The translations under genes and the position numbers were made by a program. Below the pieces are notes generated by a model. The model did not search any database, had not been told where the DNA came from, and was given only the letters and a program-made list of their open reading frames with translations. 64,000 nt of DNA from Felis catus (taxonomy: Eukaryota), in contig NC_058383.1 in the NCBI RefSeq assembly GCF_018350175.1, positions 23,190,001 through 23,254,000 of the forward strand, in the 5' to 3' direction. Shown one piece after another: positions 12,896 to 25,505 of this stretch. The number at the start of each line of letters is the position of its first letter. Within the stretch, counting starts at the first letter, position 1.

Positions 12896-12977
12896 ATGTG
12901 CAAGCGCGTCTGCCGCGGGGTCACCCCACGTGCGGGCACATCCGCCGCGGGGTCACCTGATGTGCAAGCACATCCGC
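12896..12977. repeat. 32-bp minisatellite, about 2.5 copies
   Basis: atgtgcaagcgcgtctgccgcggggtcacccc / acgtgcgggcacatccgccgcggggtcacctg / atgtgcaagcacatccgc. Confidence 0.9.
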
Positions 12978-14027
12978 TTCAAGGCAAAGACCTTGGAGGT
13001 TTCTAGCCACAAGACGCTTAAGGCTCGGGCCATGATGATATTTCAGAGATTTAATGGGGCATTTGTTGAATTTTAATTAACTGAGGACCATTTGGGGAGA
13101 CAGACTCAGCTCCGCCAGTTGTTTCACCAGCAATCCTCCTTCTAGAATAATCAAGCTTTTAGTTGTTTTCGTTACCAATTATAAACGTTGTTCACTGTTT
13201 CCTCTGTTTCTTTAGTAGAAGTTCTTGCACGTGAAGTTGTTAGAATAGTTGTCTTTTCTATGCCCGCTAGTGACCTGAGTGGTGAATCCTTTGCCCACAG
13301 CTAATGCCAAAAGCAGATGACCAATGTTCCAGGAAGGATAAGGTGGTAATTATTCCCTCAGAATTCTCCAGACTTTATCCCTCTGTCGATTCGGACCAGT
13401 CACTATTGGCTGTCCTGCACAATATCCCCTTGATCTCCCATAGAATCTCCATGCTAGACTCATTATTCTGTATTCTTGCTATTTCTGTTTATTATTTTAT
13501 ATGAGAAAGATTAATATGTGGATTATCCCAGGACTTCCTGTAGAAGTAATTGACGAGGATCCATTATGTTGACCAGCAGCTCTTAGGTAAAGATCTCCCT
13601 CAGGAAATTGATTCTCTCTGCTTTGAGGTCATATCATTAGATCACATGAAGCACGTTACCTATCAATTCTCCTCTTTGCCTTAACTCCTAAGAAATTCAG
13701 AGCTATATTTGAACTCAACACAGAACCTTTATCATATACTTGGATGTGATATCATATATATAAGTACGTCATGTATCACACACATTTCTGGGTGTGATGC
13801 GATCTTCCTCTTGCTGAGTTGACTGTTAATATGGAATTTTATGTTGGTTCTTGCTGCTACTCTGCTCTCAGGATGTCGGTTTAGTTTCCAAGGGCAGGCT
13901 TAGGTCAAATCCTCACCCCTCTCTTGCTTTTTTTGTGACACACAAAACACAAGGATTTATGTCAAATTTCTTACTATTTCTCCATTTCTCAAGTATTAAT
14001 ATACTGGCCTTAAAACATGCTAGCTAA

Positions 14028-14248
14028 GGGGTGCCTGGGTGGCTAAGTCAGTTGAGCATCCTACTCTTGATTTCGGCTCAGGTCATGATCTCATGGTTCA
14101 TGAGATCGAGCCCTGCCTCGGCCTCTGCACTGACGGTATGGAGCCTGCTTGGGATTCTCTCTCTTCCTCTCTCCCTCTCTCTCTGCCCCTCCCCACTCAC
14201 GTGCACTCTCTCTCTCTCAAAATAAATAAACCTAAAAAAATAATAAAA
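14028..14248 (+). mobile_element. Can-SINE
   Basis: TSD catgctagctaa at 14016-14027 and 14250-14261. Confidence 0.95.
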
Positions 14249-16399
14249 GCATGCTAGCTAAAAGACAACACATAGCTGTTCCTCAATCCCAGACCTGATG
14301 ACCTTTGTTGATGTCAAGTGCTTTCCAAAAACACAACTTAAATTTTAGTGCGACAGTAGAAGTCTCTTCCTCATAAAAGAAAGGAATCTGGAGCTCGAAG
14401 TTACAGATTTGAGCCCTGGCTATGTGACCTTAGACAAGTTGCTTTAAAAAAAATTCTCTGGGCCTCAATTTCATCCCGCTACAAAACGGGAATAAAAATC
14501 TTAGTTTTTACAAAGAGAAAATGGCTGTTAAGTGTGTGAAAGGGACTTTGTCCCCTTAAATCAGTTTACAATTCATGCAATCATTATTCAGAGGCAGGAG
14601 AAAGACTGAAGCCCTGCTTGAACACCTTTGTTTCCTGGATCCTTTCCCTCTGCCATTTGACCCTTGTGTCTCCATGTTACCCCGAGTCCCCTTGCTCTGC
14701 CCCTGCCCAAGGGCCCGAACAGCTGGAGCCTCTGGAGAGAGGGTTCAGGGCCCTGAAGGTGGCACGAGGTGCCTCTGAAACCCTCTGAGGGGCCTCGAGC
14801 TGAACCCCGGGAGGGCCAGCTCCAGGCTGAAGAGCAGCCACAGCCACGCTGTAAACGCGTCCTTTGCTCCAGGCCTGGAGAGCCCTCCCTGGAAGCCTGA
14901 GGGCAGGACTGAAGGCCCATCAGCAGGTGGCGAGATGCCAGCCTTGCCGTGATGTTGAGCGCACGTCAGTCAGACCGATACCCGCAGACGAGCGCCAGGC
15001 GAGCTGTGCCCACAAAGCAGGTGTCAGTCAGCCATGATCCAATTAGCCGTGTGTAGTCAGTCATGTCCCAGTCAGACGGGGATCCGCTAGGCACACGTCA
15101 GTCACACAGACTCCTCTCCAGTCCTTCGAGGCACACGGGGATAAAATAAATGTCGGCCACACGCATGCCCATGGCGTGCATTTCCACCCAAAACTCCACT
15201 GAGTGAGGAAGGGGTGCAAACCATGTGCCCCCGGCAGCATGCAGGAGCAGGAGGAAGGATGTCCTAGGAATAAAGAAGCTGCCGGAAGCCTTTCTGTCCT
15301 CCCCTGCTTTTCTCTTGCCAATTTTCGTTCATGTTCTGGTCCCTTCTTCAGCAGTCTGAGTGCCTGTGCACGGGGGATGCGGATGCCTAGGGGTGGGGGC
15401 AAAGGCCTCTTCCTCAGACACCGGGTTCTGAAGTCAACAGGTCACATGGCAAAGGCAAAATCACCTTGAGAAAAACCCTCAATCTAACATTGCCACTTTC
15501 CCCTCCCATTGCTGCCGTGGATTTCTGTTCATTTACGCAGCGGGTGTCTGAAGAAATAGTTGGCTTGCATGTCGGGGCCACAGAGTATAAGAAATATAAG
15601 TAATCATCGACATGAGAATTGCGATCAGTGAAGCCGAATGCTTACATTGTGATGGGGAAGTAGGGCTGGAGGGGATAGAAGGTCCTTGGCGCCCGGGTGG
15701 GGTCACCGTAATATATGCTCATGGAGCAAAACGGCAGACAAAACTGCTCCCGCTGTTTAAATCCCCCCCCCCCCCCGAGATAATATAATTGAATTTAGGT
15801 GAATTAAATGCTTGTAATGACGTGACTCCTTTGCATCATCACATGAAATGTAATCTGACCCGTCACAGAGGTGTGAGAAATATGCTCAGCCTGGTGCCCG
15901 GAGCTCAGGGTCCGTCCAGATACTGGGCACTGTGTCTGGATAACAGACTCCAGGGCCTCTGACTTATTCTCTCAGGTGCTTCCTGGCTAGAGAGGCAGGG
16001 AGACGAGAGATGATCCGCTCGTGCGGCAGGGACAGCTAGTACTGACTCGTTAGTGCTGACTGTGCAGCCTTTGGAGAGAGGAGGCATCACGTGCATAGCT
16101 TGAAGTTGCCCAGGGCGAGTGCATTCACACCAGGGAAACAGCAAATGAGGCAGATCGGCTGTCCCCTCCCTCTCTTCCCTCCGACAGCCCGTTTACTAGC
16201 TGGGGATGAGGGCAGGGAGAAGGTGGTGCTGGGGGTGTTTGCCTTGAGAAGTCAAGTGGAGGTGACAGGAAGACAAACGTGGAGGTCTCAGATGTGAGAG
16301 ATACTAGCAGATGGTTTTAGGAGGTTTTGAAGATGGTTGGAAAATGTTGGGACTCTAAGAGACAGTTTTTTCAAACAGTTGGAGTTTCACTGTAACGGA

Positions 16400-17100
16400 G
16401 ACTGTTATTTGCCTCCCAGTACCCACTCTCCTTGTCCTTTAACATCGAAATCCTGGGTTGTCCAGAAAGGTTGTCCAGGAGGCTACATTTTCAGGCTTCC
16501 CTTTCAGCTAGAGGTGATCAATGAGATATAAATTACTGGTAGGATTTCTGGGCAATCTCCTCAGAGTTGACTTGGTTAGGAGGAGTGTTTTCTTTTTCCT
16601 TTTAGCTGGAACACAGATGCGGTAGCTGGTGCACCAGCATCCATATTGAGCCATGGAAGATAAAAACCATGGACTAAGGATGATGTGGCAGAGAGGAGGA
16701 GCCTAAGTCCTTGATAACAAAATGGAGCTGCTGTGCCTGCCTGTCCAGCTCCAGATTTCTTTCTTTTTTTATTTTAATTTTTTTAAATGTTTATTTTTGA
16801 GACAGAGGGAGACAGAGCACAAGTGGGGGAGGGGCAGAGAGAGAGGGAGACACAGACTCTGAAACAGGCTCCGGGCTCTGAGCTGTCAGCACAGAGCCCA
16901 ACACAGGGGTCGAACTCACAAACCGTGAGATCATGACCTGACCCGAAGTCAGGGGCTTAACTGACTGAACCTCCCAGGCGCCCCAAGATTTCTTTCTTTT
17001 TTTTTTTTTCTTTTTTTTTTTTCCAAGATTTCTTTCAATGACCTTTCTGAGAGAATAAATCCCTAATCTGTTGAAGCAACGGTTGTCGGTATAAGGAAGT
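16400..17100 (+). mobile_element. MaLR LTR (MLT1J/K/L-like) interrupted by a SINE
   Basis: ctacattttcaggcttccctttcagctagagg, ggagcctaagtccttgat, gagagaataaatccctaatctgttgaagc. Confidence 0.6.
16764..16984 (-). mobile_element. Can-SINE (SINEC_Fc-like)
   Basis: Full body; flanking agatttctttc duplication. Confidence 0.95.
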
Positions 17101-18339
17101 CAGAGATAATTTGTAAATGATTCATTGATATTTCCATTTCACATTAGGAAAAAGAAATAAAGTTCTAGGTTGTTTTGGCAGCTGAGGTACAAATGTTCCC
17201 TCCCTCCCTTCCTTCCTCTCTTCCTTCCTTCCTGATAAAAGCAACGTGTCCTCCGTATTTATCAGAAAGCCAAGTGTATCAAGCAAGAGCCAAGTGCATT
17301 GTCAAGACGCGAGGAGCCCACGGGGGCACCTATTCGTCCATCTGGTTTGGGTCTTCAGATTTCCGGTGCTGGGCTCTGGGAGCTGACTCGTGGTTTCCCT
17401 TATCTGGGAAAGGCCTGGGTCTGCATTTCTGCCCTTAGTATCAAGCAGGCAGGCGTGAGATTCACTCTGAATTGGTGGAAGAACAGAGTAGCTTTGGAAC
17501 CGGGGTGTGGTGGGGATGGGTCCAATCCAGTGACCAGAGTTTAGCCCGGTGCTCTTATTCCTTGGCCCCACTTGTCCCCACCTAGAAAAACCATGCGCTG
17601 GGGGCATTTCAGACTGGCCTAGAACGCTCTTCTCCAAAAGACGAATTCTTCCTCACCCTTTAAGGCTTGGCTCCCTTGTCACTTCCCCTGGGAAAGTCCC
17701 TGCTCTTTCTCCCTCGTCATGCAGTGTCAGACTATTACCCTAGGTAGTGATTTTTTGCTTATGTGTCTTTCCGCCTCATGAGTCTGAGCACTCCAGGAGG
17801 GGGCAGATAGGAAGCCCAACACAACCGTGTATCTTCTGTGCCTGGCTGGTCCGCCTAGAGTGTTCAGGAAATTAGGTGGAGTGAACGAAATCCCACTGAC
17901 GATTCACTTGTTTGTACTTCATCTAGTAGGTTCTTCACCCCAAATTTGAGGAATGGTCCACATTGTGCCATTCTTGTTCCTGGGGGACGTAACATGATCA
18001 GACCTGTGGTATCTAATGAGAAAGTTGAACTTTATCCAAGAGGCCATGAGATTTGCCATAAGCAGGAAGGAGCTCAAAGGAGCTCATGTCCTTTATGGAG
18101 TCTTCGCTGATTCCATTCAGTTCCTGCACCGGCTTCAGTTACTGTATTTGCCTCGCTCTCTTGGGCCTCGCTCGTGCGATCTGCTCCAGGGCAGCTTCCG
18201 GATAGCAGCAATCAGGGATGTGGCACCCCCGTTTTCTACAGGGAGAAACAGAGCACAGGGAGCAGAAAATAGCTTGCGTGAGGTCCCAGAGTAAGAGAGC
18301 AGTGAGCTAGACCTAAAACTCAGGCTCTCTCTCTCTCTC

Positions 18340-18457
18340 TTTTTAAGTTTGTTTGTTTGTTTATTTAAGTAAGCTCAACACCCAAGATGGGGCTCGAACC
18401 CACGACCCCAAGATCAAGCGTCGCACACTCTTCCCGAATGAGCCAGCCCGGTGCCCC
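18340..18457 (-). mobile_element. Short old Can-SINE (tRNA-Lys head plus tail) inside a MIR
   Basis: Reverse complement ggggcaccgggctggctcattcgg...cttgatcttggggtcgtgggttcgagccccatcttgggtg...ttaaataaacaaac. Confidence 0.8.
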
Positions 18458-20214
18458 AGGCAGCCCATGCTCTTAACCACCGTACTCAACATCCCGCATT
18501 CACTACACTTGGAAATAGTACTTGCTTCACAGAGTTGAAAAGATATGGCGGGCACAACAGCTGGCACACCGAAAGCATTCAGTCAGTGTTGGCTGTCCCT
18601 ACTCCTTACTCTCCTTTGGCAAGCACTCAGTTGAATAGTTTTGAGTGTTAATAAGCGTGAACGAGGTTACTGGGAAAGAGACAGGCACACACGTGAGCAT
18701 GCGTCCACAGAGACACGTGCATGCGCATACCAGAGAGACCAAATGTGAAGTGTGGCCATCACAAAGCTCCAGGACACCAGGAGAGATCGGGCGGCTCCTC
18801 AGAGACAGGGCAGGCAGCCAGCAGAATTGAAAGCGTCTTGAATGTCTCTGTGCTAATTCCAGGAGCATGCTCGGCCAGGGAATCCCGGTGAATGGGAGCA
18901 ACGGTGGTCAGGGCCGCCTTGCATGATTGTGCCATCTGTGTCCTACACAAGGATATTAGGGGGTGGGGGAGAGTGGGGGCCGATATCCTGTCTGCGCTGC
19001 ATTTGCTATACATACTGTGCACCTGAAAGGCTGCGTCCACCCCACCCTATTCTCATGTATCTGCCAAGGGGAGTAACTTTTCTAGAACCCACAAAGATGC
19101 CGTATGAGCTGGTAACAGCAATAAGAGCCCAAGAGACCTAAGTGATCCCAGGCAGAAGACAGAGCCTTAGGGAGAGCATCCACACTTGGGGTTAAGCGGC
19201 AGTCAAAAAGGCTGGTGGTTAGGGGACAGAGCCCCAGGAGTCCATTTACTCAAATGACTATTAAGTGCCTACTGTATGCTGGGCACCACGCTGAAGAAGG
19301 TGGACCTGGACTGCGCTTTCAGGGAGCTTACAGGTCCGTGGAGGAGTCAGACGTCAAACAAGGAAACTAATATATAATGTGAGATAGTGCTTCGTGTCCT
19401 AACGGAAGGCAGACAGAATGAGAGAGTGGCAGGGGAAAGGGAGGGTAATTCTACCCAGAACAGAGAAGGGGATGTTGGGAAGGAGCCCATGGCGATGTCT
19501 GGAAGATCAGCCCTTTAAGAGGAATAAGCTGGTGTTGGAGTTCAGGATAAGATCCAAGTAACAGATAGTAAATGGTCAGAACCAAAGAAAGGCAACCTAG
19601 GGAGGACTGAGTTCTACCCAAAGGGTTGTGAGAAAGTGGTACTGGGACCCTTGCACAACCCCAGGGGGCATCATTCATAATACGAAGAAGCTATGAGTAG
19701 GAAGGATGTTGTGACTCAAATGGAGGAGGCCTGTCCTGGCTGTGCCCCGCTTTCCTCCCAGGAGACTGAATGTTTGAGTAGACAAAAGCCAGGCCAAATA
19801 GGACAATGGAACTCTGAGCCGCCACTTCTGTAGCAAAATGATCAGGACTTGGTCCATGACGGCCCGCACTCCTACTTTTCTGTCTGGGCTTCCAACTCAG
19901 AACCAACCAGAAGAAAATCAAATATCTCTGCAAACCAGTTACATCGGCTGCCCCACTTCTAGTTAGCTAGCCTGCCTTCAGCTTCCCCATGCTGACAGCC
20001 TCCAGTCGGGGCACACCCGGGGCCTTCCCAAAGCAGGACCCCTTGCTCTGCAAGCTCTGTGTCCCTAGGCTCTATTCTCTTTTGGGAGGGTCTTCTTGGA
20101 TTGCAAGACTCCCTTAATGCTTGAGTGGGAGGCAGATACGGGGCAAATCGTGAGCACTCGCATGGAATGAGCCTGGTGTTCTAGAATTGCCACATACCCT
20201 GGACCGTTAGAAGC

Positions 20215-20259
20215 ACGCGCGCGCACACACACACACACACACGCACACACGCACACACG
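20215..20259. repeat. (CG)n(CA)n compound microsatellite
   Basis: Direct read. Confidence 0.9.
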
Positions 20260-21174
20260 CCCAGAGGCGGCTTTCTGGTCTTAGACTGAACAAACTTCAT
20301 GTACTTACACTACTAATTTGGAACTTGTGCAAGTCTGCCCTGGAGCACCCCGGGCAAAAGGGTACATTTGCACTGGATTAAAAATCAGAGTTTGACGAGC
20401 AGATGCATGTACACCAGATTTCACTCATTTCAACTGGGATTTTTGAGGTACTTTAGCCTCCTTCATTTGCATACAATGATTGATATGCTAATTACAGTAG
20501 ACTCTGGCCTATTCATTAGTACTTAGAGCATACTTACTCCCAGCGGCCTGGGAATGCTTATGACGGAGAGGAATAAGGCTGCACTGGGGCCCACAGAATT
20601 CAGAATTTTTGTCCGCTTTGACCAGACTCCCACCCCCAATAGGGATAAAAAAGCCAGACTTACTCTTTCTTGGGTGTTTCCTTTGTGTCCCCAGTGTAAG
20701 TCTTTCCCTTTGGACACAGCTTTGGCCACCACGTGGTGCAGGATCACGGGACACCAAACACTCGTGGATGGGGAAGGTATAAGGGCAGTTCATTAATGTC
20801 CACATACAGCCGATCCATCCTTCTTCTGGTCACTGGAGGTTCAGGGCCCCAGCTTCTGGGTGGTGGCAGCTCCCAGGACTGGCTCCTTGGTACCACTGGG
20901 TCTCAATCATTTGATCTCCTTTAAGATGCTTGGGACAGGAAGATGGGCCAAGACTCAGAACTAAGGTCTTAGGCTTTGTGTCCTCCAGCCTTGTAAATCA
21001 GACTCTCATTTCCAGGAAACGTGCACCAGGCCTGACAGAACAAAGGCCAAGTGGCTTCTGGAGGTTCAGCGATCCTTCTCAGCTTACCTGTGAGTAACTC
21101 TGCGGCTATCTGGGAATCGTGTCCCAGAAGTATAGTTGTCTGGAGCATTCCTGCCCATGTCCCCAGGCCTCCAA

Positions 21175-21690
21175 CATCCATCCACCCACTCACACTTTCA
21201 TCCATCAAACATTTGCTGTGTGCTATATGTTGGCAAGATACAACCTTGACCCTGGAGAAGCCATGGTGCACGGTGGGGCATTTCTACAAATAACACTAAT
21301 CTAGTGTGATAAAAGCTGTGATTGAGACGTGCGCAAACTACCAAGTGAACACAGAAGAGTGAGCAGATAACCTGGTTGGGGAAGGCTTCACGGATATCAA
21401 GCAGGTGACACTTGAGTGAAGTCTTATGGAAGCTTCCATTAGCTGGAGACATGGGGTAGGGATAGAGGTTAGGGAGAGGAAGTATTCCAGGCAGAGGCTT
21501 AAGAGAGTTAAGAAAGACTGCAGGGAGTTAAGAAAAGGCACGGAGTTCTGAGAGTTAGAACAGAGCGAGAGGGTAGAGAAGGGGATGATGCAGAAACTAT
21601 AGTTGGGGTTGTCTTGGCCCCATGCTGGAGGATTTGAGCTTTATTCTGAGGTCCCAGTACACACCCAAGGCAGGGTTGGGAACTCACACG
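21175..21690 (-). mobile_element. L2 LINE 3' fragment
   Basis: catccatcaaacatttgctgtgtgctatatg, gaagtattccaggcagagg, gatttgagctttattctgag. Confidence 0.7.
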
Positions 21691-21759
21691 CCAACAGGGG
21701 CCAGGCAGAGCATGTCCATCAGTGAGGTGGGCCACGTGGGGACTGAAGCTTGGGGAGCA

Positions 21760-21945
21760 CAGGCTTCATCCAAAGGCGGCAACCGACTGTTGCCAAGTTC
21801 CCGTTAAAAAATAAATGGAAATCCCTATTTTTATATGAACACTCCCAAGTTTCAAATGTTGGAGATTGTTCCAAAATATCATGCTGGCCAAGTAAAAACA
21901 TCTGACATCCCATCAGTCCCTGGGCTTCTAGTTTGGCACTTCAGA
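21760..21945. mobile_element. MER102-like hAT fragment
   Basis: atttttatatgaacactcccaagtttcaaatgttgg...ggccaagtaaaaacatctg. Confidence 0.5.
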
Positions 21946-22265
21946 TATAAAGCTTAAGCAGAGAGCTGACAGACTTCTGTTTCAGAAAGAGACTGTCTGC
22001 ACAGGTCTCCACATGATGTTTCTGCAGCAGCCTCTGCCAGCAAGAACCTCCTCTCCCCATTCCCCATCTTCACGCCCTTGCTTCTTGTCCACGTGGTTTG
22101 TGCATCCCTCGCTGCCCTCCCGGAGCATGCCCGCCCCCCGCCCCTCTCCGGGACCCTCCTCAGCACTGACCCCTCATCTTACACAAGAGGAGCCGAATGA
22201 ATGAGCTGTGCTCCAGGCCTGGCTTACAGAGAAGAGCCCAGCATTAAGGACACGAGAGAGCCATA

Positions 22266-22271
22266 TTTATT
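22266..22271 (-). terminator. HS3ST2: Candidate distal polyadenylation signal AATAAA
   Basis: tttatt on the + strand, about 735 nt after the stop. Confidence 0.65.
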
Positions 22272-22450
22272 TCACATGGACAAGCATGATTCCTTCGCAT
22301 GCTGAACATGAAAGCTCGCGTGAGGCAAGTACCCGTAACAGCAGAATTAATGTGCTTTTGTCCATGGGGAGCAGGGTGGGTCACAAAGTGGTTTTTCAAA
22401 GACAGTTACCCTTCAAGCAGAGTGGAGACCACAGGCTTTGAAATCTCTGG

Positions 22451-22456
22451 TTTATT
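22451..22456 (-). terminator. HS3ST2: Candidate proximal polyadenylation signal AATAAA
   Basis: tttatt on the + strand, about 550 nt after the stop. Confidence 0.5.
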
Positions 22457-23006
22457 TCATCATCAGAGGGTCTGTCTCCTAGGAGTGGCCAGGGAGTGCT
22501 TCGGGCTCTGCAATGTCTCGATGAGCGGCTAAGGTCAGGAGGAAGAGGATGGTCTCCTATCCCACCCCCCAGGGAGGCTAGGGAGAGTGAAGCTCAGAGG
22601 GGAGGTACATGCCACTCGGAATTAGCAAGCCCCCTCCGGGGTGGACAGTGACAGGGGCAGACTGCTGCGTCTGCAGCAACAGAACCATCACCACTTACAG
22701 GATCTATCATAATCAGAAGATCTGCTCTTAAAGCAGTTTCCCAAGGCCTCTCGTGGGCGGAAGGGAAGTGATTCGGAATGGACTGGCCATGCCAGAAGCA
22801 GGTCAGCTTTGCCGAGACAGACTGGGGAGAGCTAGTGGCAGGGACCCCCCGGTCTCGTGGCCTTAGCTGGGCTTCCCAGTTCCAGGATGATGGAACCCGA
22901 GCTGGGAGAGGGGGCTGGAGCGTGGGTCTGCCGGGGGCCGAGGCTCACAGGCTGGACGGGCAAACCCCACGGAGGAGACGAGGAGGAGCCCTTGCATGTC
23001 TGTGGC

Positions 23007-23655
<649 letters not shown>

Positions 23656-23752
23656 CATTTCCCTACACCCTGCTCCCTAGTGGAGGGCCCCCGCCCCCCG
23701 ACCTCGGTGACATTGGAGGTCCGCCTGCATTCACCTGGTAAGGAACCCACTT

Positions 23753-23832
23753 TAAGAACTAGTCTTTCAGCAGGCTTGACGTTTACAATAGTATACCACG
23801 GCCTATAATCGCTACGCTGTATTAGATCTCCA
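23753..23832 (-). mobile_element. About 80-bp L1 3' fragment with TSD
   Basis: L1MA-like ctatacgctgtattagatctccag region; TSD gt(a/g)agg(a/g)acccactt at 23738-23752 and 23833-23847. Confidence 0.6.
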
Positions 23833-24130
23833 GTGAGGGACCCACTTCAACTCATGCTGGTTGTTTAAAAAATTCTTTAACAGGTTTGCTTTCAGAGAGG
23901 AAACAACCTAAATGTTCATCAGTATGGGTTAAATAAATGATAGAACAGCCAGTTAATAGAATCAGGTGGATCTGTGTGTACAAATAGGGAATGAGTTCCA
24001 AGGTACGTGTTAAATAGGCAAGATATATATAGCACATTCACCTCAGGAAGGATATACAAGAAACAATAAAAACGTTTGTTTCTGGGGGAGTCTTGAGGTG
24101 GGGGCAGAGTGAGAAGGTGAGGGATAAGTA

Positions 24131-24268
24131 TTTTTTTTTTTTTAAGTAGGCTTCACCCCAGTGGAAAGCCCTACAGTATAGATAGGGCTTGAACTCATGA
24201 CCCTGAGATCAAGATCTAACCTGAGATCAAGAGGTGGACACCTGACTGACTGAGTCCCCAGGTGCCCC
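24131..24268 (-). mobile_element. Short Can-SINE (older subfamily)
   Basis: gggcttgaactcatgaccctgagatcaag...ctgagtccccaggtgcccc with T tail. Confidence 0.85.
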
Positions 24269-24754
24269 AAGAATTACTTTTTGTCTAAAAAGCAATTTTT
24301 ATTTTTTGTATTTGTATTTTATGCTACTTGAAAATTTTAATGTCGTTTATTACATATTCAAAAATATATTTAGTAGGAAGCTACTAAATATTATTCCGGT
24401 GAAAGACAGTTCTCCACATATATTAAGAAAACCTTTTTGGGGCAAGTCTTGTATGAATAACAAGTGTTTTAGAAATGCCTTCTGATGTCTTTTTCTGCTG
24501 GAACACATCTGAACTACATCCTCGGTATAAGCCTGAAATAGCACGGAACTCCAGTCCTGTCGTGCCCTCAGCAGGAAGTCAGGTGATGCAACCTCTTGCT
24601 CCCTTACTTTTTAATTTCCTGGTTGTGCTTAAGACTTTAAGGGATGATGGTGGGAAGCTCTGAAGTCTCCTTCCCAGATGTGTCTCCTTCAAGCCTTGCT
24701 GGAGGGGAACACCCTTGGCTCCCAGTTTCTACTTCTTTCTGAAGGTTGTGTTTT

Positions 24755-24900
24755 GCACATTAGACCACCCAAAGAATTTTTTTAAAAATGCAGATGTCTG
24801 GGACCCGTCTTAGATGAACTAATGAGAAATTTATGGGGTGGGTACTTTTCAAAAGCTCTTCAGATAGTTCCAGTGTGGAGGCAGAGTTGAGAACCACCAC
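24755..24900. mobile_element. MER5-like element
   Basis: ttaaaaatgcagatgtctgggaccc...gttgagaaccac. Confidence 0.65.
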
Positions 24901-25162
24901 ATCTTTTCCCCACCGTGACTCACCAACCCCCAAAGCATTCATCATCTTCACCTTCCTCTGGCTCACACATTCCTAGTTCCTGGTCTTCTTCCCAGGTCCC
25001 ATCATCATCTCCATCCAATAACCCAGCTTCACAGTTCTTTAACCCAAGTCTCCATTTTTCTCCTTACGTTTGGCAGCTCCTCCTCATGGCCATATCTTGG
25101 GTCTTGTCATTGGAATTGACCTAGTTCTGAAATGGTTCTCTCTGAAATTCCACTCTAGTACC

Positions 25163-25505
25163 ATGGGATGGGCCAAATGGTGACCCTCTGAAAGACATGT
25201 CCACTCAGAACCTCCGAATGTGACCTTATTTTTGGAAAAAGAGTCTTTGCAGATAGAAGTTAGTTAAGGATCTCGAGATGAGGCCATCCTGAATCCGGTG
25301 GGCCCTAATCCAATGAGCAGTAAGTAGCCTTACAAGAGACAAGCAGGGGTGAAGAGAGAAGGTAATGTAAAGATGAAAGCAGAGTGCGGAGTGATATACG
25401 TACAAGCTGAGAAATGCCGAGGATTCTGGCAACCACCACAAGCTAGTCGTTTTAAACCACCCCGTCTGTGGTCATGTGTTACAGCAGCCACAGGAAACTA
25501 ATACA
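25163..25505 (+). mobile_element. MaLR LTR (MLT1B/C-like) inserted in L2
   Basis: gaatgtgaccttatttttggaaaaagagtctttgcagat...gttacagcagccacaggaaactaataca. Confidence 0.8.

Larger units (their letters stand above)
22240..23006 (-). other. HS3ST2: HS3ST2 3' UTR (end approximate)
   Basis: Repeat-free sequence between the stop codon and the AATAAA hexamers. Confidence 0.65.

Noticed and set aside
18340..18457. tRNA-Lys gene
   Set aside because: Diverged, with a SINE-type 5' end and A-rich tail; it is a short Can-SINE
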